A DNA stretch of 64,000 bases. Origin: an uncultured Chloroflexia bacterium. GTDB taxonomy: Bacteria; Chloroflexota; Limnocylindria; Limnocylindrales; CSP1-4. The notes below the pieces were generated by a model. The model searched no databases and had not been told where the DNA came from. It saw nothing but the letters and a program-made list of their open reading frames with translations. Of this stretch, positions 59,038 to 64,000 are shown one piece after another. A program made the position numbers and the translations under genes. The DNA is taken from contig CAVZHW010000007.1 in the NCBI GenBank assembly GCA_963775225.1, forward strand, positions 67,756 through 131,755, written 5' to 3'. Each line of letters starts with the position of its first letter. The first letter of the stretch is position 1.

Positions 59038-60097
59038 TCGAGCGGTCGAGGCCGGGCAAGGGCAGGGCGGCTGCCTCTTCCTCGACGGCGAGCCGCTCTG
59101 CCGCTGAGAGGCGGCGCCACGGCTCGACGCTCATATCGGAATGGGCACGGCGCCACGTGCCGACGATTTCGCCGCCGACCAGCAGCGCACCGGGCCACAC
59201 CCGCGGCGTCCAGAGCAGGTCGCGCTTGCTCGCGTCTGGCACCAGGAGGTCGCGGTCGGCGCCGTGCAGCAGCCAGTAGGCGTCTCCGCTGGGGAGCAGC
59301 CGAACGGCGTCGGTGGCGGAGGAGCTCGCTCGGAAGGAGGGCTCGTCGGCGATCAGGATCCAGCCCTCATTCACCGGTGAGCGCGCCGCAATGAGCTCGC
59401 CCGCCAGGGCGCCGAACGCACGCTCGGCCTCACCACGACCGATGCCGGCCCACTTGGCGAACGCAGGCGCCGTGGTCGGCCCGAACACATGCAGGTACCT
59501 GCGCGCCAGCCCGAGGCGAGCGTCGAAAGGCTCGAGCAACGGCACCGGGACGGTCCAGATCATCGGCCGCCGGGCGCCCTCCCAGCGCAGCAGCAGCGTG
59601 CCGGTCGGCGCGACGTAGCGCAGCGCGTTCGGGTTAACTCCCAGTGCCGCGCCGGCATCGTCGTAGGGCATGCGCTGCCCGTCGAGGTGCGCGTGCAGCC
59701 GCGCCGCCAGATCCAACGCGAACTGCCGCTCCTTGGCACTGTCCGGCAGCCGGCCGAGAGAGAACAGCGCACGATCCCGCTCCGCGACCACGTACGTGCT
59801 GAAGCGCGGTCCCCATAGCTGGATGTAGACAGGATGCTCCCATGTCTGTGGCTCGGTTCCGGCGACGCGCGCATGGATCGAGAGCAGCGCGGCCCGCGGC
59901 ATGCTGTCCTGCAGGCCGGCCAGCGCCGCCTGCTCGAGCGACCCGCGACCGATCGGCAATCGCTCGTCGAGCAGGTTGACCCGTCGGCGGTGGCCGAGGA
60001 TCTGCTCCCGGCCAAGCCGCAGCTGGGAAATGGTCACGCCCGGAAGATAGCGGGCCCGCGCCGGTGGTAGTTTGCCGCCGTGTACCAGCCCGCCCAC
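59006..60097 (-). CDS. winged-helix DNA-binding domain protein of the AlkZ/YcaQ-like (DUF1006) DNA glycosylase family
   Basis: Length and motifs (LLPSGDAYWLL, RYLHVFGPTT) resemble AlkZ/YcaQ. The start is uncertain. The 3' end overlaps the 3' end of the channel gene by 32 bp. Confidence 0.5.
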   Translation of the reverse strand: MGGLVHGGKLPPARARYLPGVTISQLRLGREQILGHRRRVNLLDERLPIGRGSLEQAALAGLQDSMPRAALLSIHARVAGTEPQTWEHPVYIQLWGPRFSTYVVAERDRALFSLGRLPDSAKERQFALDLAARLHAHLDGQRMPYDDAGAALGVNPNALRYVAPTGTLLLRWEGARRPMIWTVPVPLLEPFDARLGLARRYLHVFGPTTAPAFAKWAGIGRGEAERAFGALAGELIAARSPVNEGWILIADEPSFRASSSATDAVRLLPSGDAYWLLHGADRDLLVPDASKRDLLWTPRVWPGALLVGGEIVGTWRRAHSDMSVEPWRRLSAAERLAVEEEAAALPLPGLDRSITVRWDPERG

Positions 60098-60712
60098 GGC
60101 CGGTTCCAGGTCTCCGACTCCGTCGGTCTGCTAACGCGACTGGCGGCCGAGTTTCCGGCGACGCTCGTCTCGCTCGGGCCCGGTGGCCTTCGGGCATCGA
60201 TCCTGCCCATGCTCTTCTATCCCGACCAGGGGGCGGCCGGACGGCTGCGCGGGCACCTCGCCCGCGGCAATCCGCATTGGCGCGAGCTCGAGGCTGACGG
60301 CCGCGCGATCGCCATCTTCAACGGTCCCGAGGCATACGTCACGCCGTCGTGGTACGAGGAGAAGCGGCGCACCGGCAAGGTCGTGCCAACGTGGAACTAC
60401 ACCCAGGTCGTGGTTCATGGATCGATCGGCGTGCAGCATGAGTCGGAGTGGCTGGTCGCCCACGTTCGCCGGCTGGTTGAGCGCCATGAGGCCGGCCGCG
60501 CGGAGCCGTGGTCGGTCGACGATGCGCCGGAGCAGTACATCGCGGCGCAGGCGCGGGCGATCGTGGGCCTCGAACTGCACATCGAGCGCATCGATGCCAA
60601 GCGCAAGCTCAACCAGAACCGCTCGGCCAAGGACATCGCGGGCGTCATCGATGGCCTGGCGGCGGGGTCAGCGCTGGAACGATTGGCGTCGGTCGAAATG
60701 GAGGAGGAGTGA
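60080..60712 (+). CDS. paiB: FMN-binding negative transcriptional regulator PaiB family protein
   Basis: ILPMLFY...GHLARGNPHW...AYVTPSWYEEK...VPTWNY match the PaiB family signatures. Confidence 0.75.
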   Translation: MYQPAHGRFQVSDSVGLLTRLAAEFPATLVSLGPGGLRASILPMLFYPDQGAAGRLRGHLARGNPHWRELEADGRAIAIFNGPEAYVTPSWYEEKRRTGKVVPTWNYTQVVVHGSIGVQHESEWLVAHVRRLVERHEAGRAEPWSVDDAPEQYIAAQARAIVGLELHIERIDAKRKLNQNRSAKDIAGVIDGLAAGSALERLASVEMEEE

Positions 60713-60714
60713 GG

Positions 60715-61662
60715 GTGGCCGCGAACTCGTATCTCGACTACTCGGGGCGTTCCGATCGCCTTAGCGGTGGCGCGCGCATGATCCCCATCACCACGCCCAA
60801 GGGCCAATTCAAGGTGTGGATCAAGCGCGTCGGCAACAACCCCGATTTGAAGGTGCTGCTGCTCCACGGTGGACCGGGCTCCACGCACGAGCTGTGGGAG
60901 GCATGCGACAGCTACCTGCCGGCGGCCGGGGTCGAGTACTACTACTACGACCAGCTCGGCTCGCTGCGCAGCGACCAGCCCGCCGACGCGTCGCTGTGGG
61001 AGCTCGATCGGTTCGTGGACGAGGTCGAACAGGTGCGTACCGCGCTCGGTCTCGACGCCTCGAACTTCGTCCTGTGCGGTCAATCGTGGGGCGGCATCCT
61101 GGCCATGGAATATGCGCTTCACCACCAGCAGCAGCTCAAGGGCCTCGTGATTTCGAACATGATGTCGAGCTGCCCTTCGTACAACGCCTATGCGCACGAT
61201 GTCCTGATGCCGCAGATGGACCAGGCGGCGCTGAGCGAGATCAAGGATCTTGAGGCGCTCGGCGACATCGAGAACCCGCGCTACATGGACCTTCTCATGG
61301 AGCACCACTACATCCACCACGTGCTGCGCATGCCGCTTTCTGAATGGCCCGATCCCGTCAACCGCGGCCTCATGCACATCAACCAGCAGGTCTACTTCAA
61401 GATGCAGGGCCCGAGCGAGCTGGGCATGAGCGGCACGCTTGAGAATTGGGACCGGACAGAAGACCTGGCGCAGATCACGGTGCCGACGCTGGTGATCGGT
61501 GCGCGGTACGACACCATGGACCCGGCGTTCATGGAGATGATGGCCGGCCGGCTGCCGAATGGCCGCTTCCTCTACTGCGCCAACGGCAGCCATCTGGCGA
61601 TGTACGACGACCAGGAGACCTATTTCCACGGCTTGATCAGCTTCCTGGACGGCGAAACCTGA
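60715..61662 (+). CDS. proline iminopeptidase-family alpha/beta hydrolase (S33)
   Basis: HGGPGS and GQSWGG nucleophile elbow. GTG start preceded by a GGAGGAGG Shine-Dalgarno, immediately after the paiB stop. Confidence 0.75.
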   Translation: MAANSYLDYSGRSDRLSGGARMIPITTPKGQFKVWIKRVGNNPDLKVLLLHGGPGSTHELWEACDSYLPAAGVEYYYYDQLGSLRSDQPADASLWELDRFVDEVEQVRTALGLDASNFVLCGQSWGGILAMEYALHHQQQLKGLVISNMMSSCPSYNAYAHDVLMPQMDQAALSEIKDLEALGDIENPRYMDLLMEHHYIHHVLRMPLSEWPDPVNRGLMHINQQVYFKMQGPSELGMSGTLENWDRTEDLAQITVPTLVIGARYDTMDPAFMEMMAGRLPNGRFLYCANGSHLAMYDDQETYFHGLISFLDGET

Positions 61663-61687
61663 GCACGGACGGCAATACCTGGACGCG

Positions 61688-64000
61688 ATGATCGAGCAGC
61701 GCAAGACCGTCAGCATCGTCTTCGCCGACCTGGTGGAGTCAACGGCGCTTGCCGAGTCGGTCGACGTTGAACGGCTCGCGGATATCCTCGGCCGCTACTT
61801 CGAGACACTCCGCGCAGCCATCGAAAGCCACGGCGGGACCGTCGAGAAGTTCATCGGTGATGCGGTCGTTGGCGTCTTCGGCGTACCGCAACTACACGAG
61901 GACGACGCGCTGCGCGCCGTCCGCGCCGGCGTGGCGATGTTGGCCGCGATCGAGGATCTCAATACGCAACTGGAAGGCACGTTCGGCATTCGCCTGGCGG
62001 TGCGTGTCGGCGTCAATACCGGCGAGGTGGCCGTTTCCGCGGGCGGCGCGCTGGGCCATGCGATCAGCATGGCCGCGCGGCTGGAGCAAGCCGCTCAACC
62101 TGGCCAGCTGCTGGTTGGCAGTGACACCTATGCCCTCGCGGGACCATTTCTCGAGGCTCAGCCGATCGGCCCGTTGACGGTCAAGGGTTCGAGCCTGCCG
62201 GTCAGTGCCTGGGGCGTCACCGGCGTGCTCGAGAGCCCGGCGCGCAAGCCCGGACCGCGGAGTCGTTTCGTCGGCCGAGGGCCCGAGCTGGAGGCGATCC
62301 AGTCGGCGTTCGAGTCGGCCGTTCGCCAAAGCGCCTGCGTACTGGTGACGGTCATCGCGCCACCGGGTATGGGCAAGTCACGCCTGATTGCGGAGGCCGC
62401 GGCCCGGGCCGGGCCGGGCGTTCGCGTGGTCAGTGGACGGTGCCTCCCTTACGGCGAGGGCATCACCTACGCGCCGCTGGTCGAGATCGTACGTGAGTTG
62501 GAGCGGGCGGAGGCAATCCCCGCGGAACTTCGGGCGGTAGTCGGTGGAACCGCACCGGTGTCGCCGGAAGAAACCGCCTGGGCCTTTCGAAGGCTGTTCG
62601 AGACCGTCGCGCATGAGCAGCCGCTCGTGGTCATCCTGGACGACCTGCATTGGGCCGACCCACTGTTGCTCGACCTGATCAAATACGTCGCCGCGTCTTC
62701 CGCGAAGGCCCCGATCACCTTGCTGTGCGGCGCGCGACCGGACCTCTTCGACCTCCGCTCCGATTGGTCGACCGCGCGGCCGGCGTCGGTCCTGGTGCAC
62801 CTCGACCCGCTCAGCAGCGCGGAGATGAAGGTTCTGCTGGGCGACCTGGGCACGGGCAGGCTGGACGAGGAGTTTCGCCGGCGGATCGTCGAGACGGCCG
62901 CCGGCGTGCCGCTTTTCGTCGAACAGATGGCGGCGTTTGAGAGCGAGCATGGCGAGCCGGCAGGCATACCACCGACCATCCGCGCTCTGCTCGCGGCCCG
63001 CGTCGATCGCCTCACGCCGGCCGAGCGAACCGTGCTCGAGCGGGCCGCCATCGAAGGCCAGACATTCCGGCGCGAGACGCTGGTTCAGCTGATGCCCGAA
63101 GAGGCGCGTGGACGCGTCGGCTCGTCACTCGCCGGGTTGCTGCAGCGTGAGCTAATCAGCGACAAAGGCGGCTCCGAGACGAGCGGCGCTTTCGCGTTCA
63201 GCCACGCGCTGGTTCGCGATGCGGTCTACGAATCGATGCCGCGCCGCCTACGGGCCGAGCTACACCAGCGCTACGGAGACATCCTCGAGGCGTCGGCAGC
63301 CCCGCCGGAAGTGGTCGGCCACCATCTTGCGGCGGCCCACGGCGAACGCAACCAGCTGGGCGAACAGTCGGCGGACATACAGATGCTGGCCGTCAGAGCC
63401 GGCCGCGCCCTGCACTCGGCCGGCCAGCAGGCACTCGCGCGCCGCGAATCGCGGCGTTCGATCGAGCTGCTGCGACGCGCCGAGGAGCTGCTGCGCGGGG
63501 ACACCGGGGAGTGGCTCGCGGCCGTCCCAACGCTCATCTCGGCACTGGTCGCTATGCCCGATAGCGAGGCCGCTGACAGGCTGCGCGACGAGGCCGTGGC
63601 TGCGGCCAGGGAGCACGGTGACGAGACCGCGGAACTTCGCGCGGAGATCGCGTGGGCACTGAGTGGCTATGCCATGGATGTCCCCGGTTGGCAAGAGACG
63701 GCGACCGCACTCGCCAATCGCGCGTTAAGACATTTCGAGAAACTCGGCGCCGACTCGGACATCGTTGATGCGCTGATCGTCAGGGCATACGCGGAGACGA
63801 TCACCAGCGCGTCGGCCGCCATCGAGACGCTCAAGGAGGCGCGCGGGCATGCCGAGCGCATCAACGACGATGCGGCACAGATCATTATCTGGGACGAACT
63901 TGGCGGCACCATGCTGCTGGGCGACACGCCGTACTCGGAGGCGGCCGATTTCGTGGCGGAGGAAATGCACTGGGCCCGGGAACGTGGCTTCCCCTTCAGC
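61688..64000 (+). CDS. adenylate/guanylate cyclase domain + AAA/STAND ATPase + TPR-like repeat protein (second copy; 3' end outside the window)
   Basis: Cyclase motifs VSIVFADLVEST and GDAVVGVFGVPQ, and P-loop APPGMGKSRLIAE. The ORF is open to the end of the window and is not in the supplied track because it has no stop codon. Confidence 0.8.
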   Translation, partial: MIEQRKTVSIVFADLVESTALAESVDVERLADILGRYFETLRAAIESHGGTVEKFIGDAVVGVFGVPQLHEDDALRAVRAGVAMLAAIEDLNTQLEGTFGIRLAVRVGVNTGEVAVSAGGALGHAISMAARLEQAAQPGQLLVGSDTYALAGPFLEAQPIGPLTVKGSSLPVSAWGVTGVLESPARKPGPRSRFVGRGPELEAIQSAFESAVRQSACVLVTVIAPPGMGKSRLIAEAAARAGPGVRVVSGRCLPYGEGITYAPLVEIVRELERAEAIPAELRAVVGGTAPVSPEETAWAFRRLFETVAHEQPLVVILDDLHWADPLLLDLIKYVAASSAKAPITLLCGARPDLFDLRSDWSTARPASVLVHLDPLSSAEMKVLLGDLGTGRLDEEFRRRIVETAAGVPLFVEQMAAFESEHGEPAGIPPTIRALLAARVDRLTPAERTVLERAAIEGQTFRRETLVQLMPEEARGRVGSSLAGLLQRELISDKGGSETSGAFAFSHALVRDAVYESMPRRLRAELHQRYGDILEASAAPPEVVGHHLAAAHGERNQLGEQSADIQMLAVRAGRALHSAGQQALARRESRRSIELLRRAEELLRGDTGEWLAAVPTLISALVAMPDSEAADRLRDEAVAAAREHGDETAELRAEIAWALSGYAMDVPGWQETATALANRALRHFEKLGADSDIVDALIVRAYAETITSASAAIETLKEARGHAERINDDAAQIIIWDELGGTMLLGDTPYSEAADFVAEEMHWARERGFPFS

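Overview
This 64 kb window has about 70% GC and is densely coding. It looks like a chromosomal core region of a high-GC Gram-positive-type bacterium (Actinobacteria- or Chloroflexi-like). That placement is inferred from the gene order nusA-ylxR-infB-rbfA-nrnA-truB-ribF-rpsO-pnp, an F420-type luciferase-like oxidoreductase, an AAC(2')-like acetyltransferase and AC-AAA-TPR signalling proteins. After pnp come a family-4 UDG, RNase J, FtsK, a RodZ-like HTH protein, a CinA C-terminal domain protein and a MurC-like ligase. The rest is accessory: a MarR regulator with two ABC exporters, a secreted beta-helix protein, a TPM/coiled-coil membrane protein in front of PspA, SppA, exonuclease III, cydAB, a LiaF-like toastrack protein, a secreted metalloprotease, and two large adenylate-cyclase/ATPase/TPR proteins. 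I found no rRNA, tRNA, CRISPR array, transposase or integrase. The most unusual item is the pnp gene: a complete DnaQ-like DEDDh 3'-5' exonuclease domain is inserted in-frame into the alpha-helical domain of polynucleotide phosphorylase, giving 864 aa against about 700 expected. Other observations worth a look: a hairpin that sequesters the pnp Shine-Dalgarno; a likely TPM/coiled-coil/Gly-rich protein–PspA operon; a compensated double frameshift inside cydA; a start-codon or frame problem in the RodZ-like gene; an attenuator-like terminator hairpin in the nusA leader, where no rimP is present; an Obg/DRG-like GTPase with a degenerate G4 motif behind a 600 bp non-coding leader. Many long minus-strand ORFs in the supplied track are antisense artefacts of GC-rich coding DNA and were rejected.
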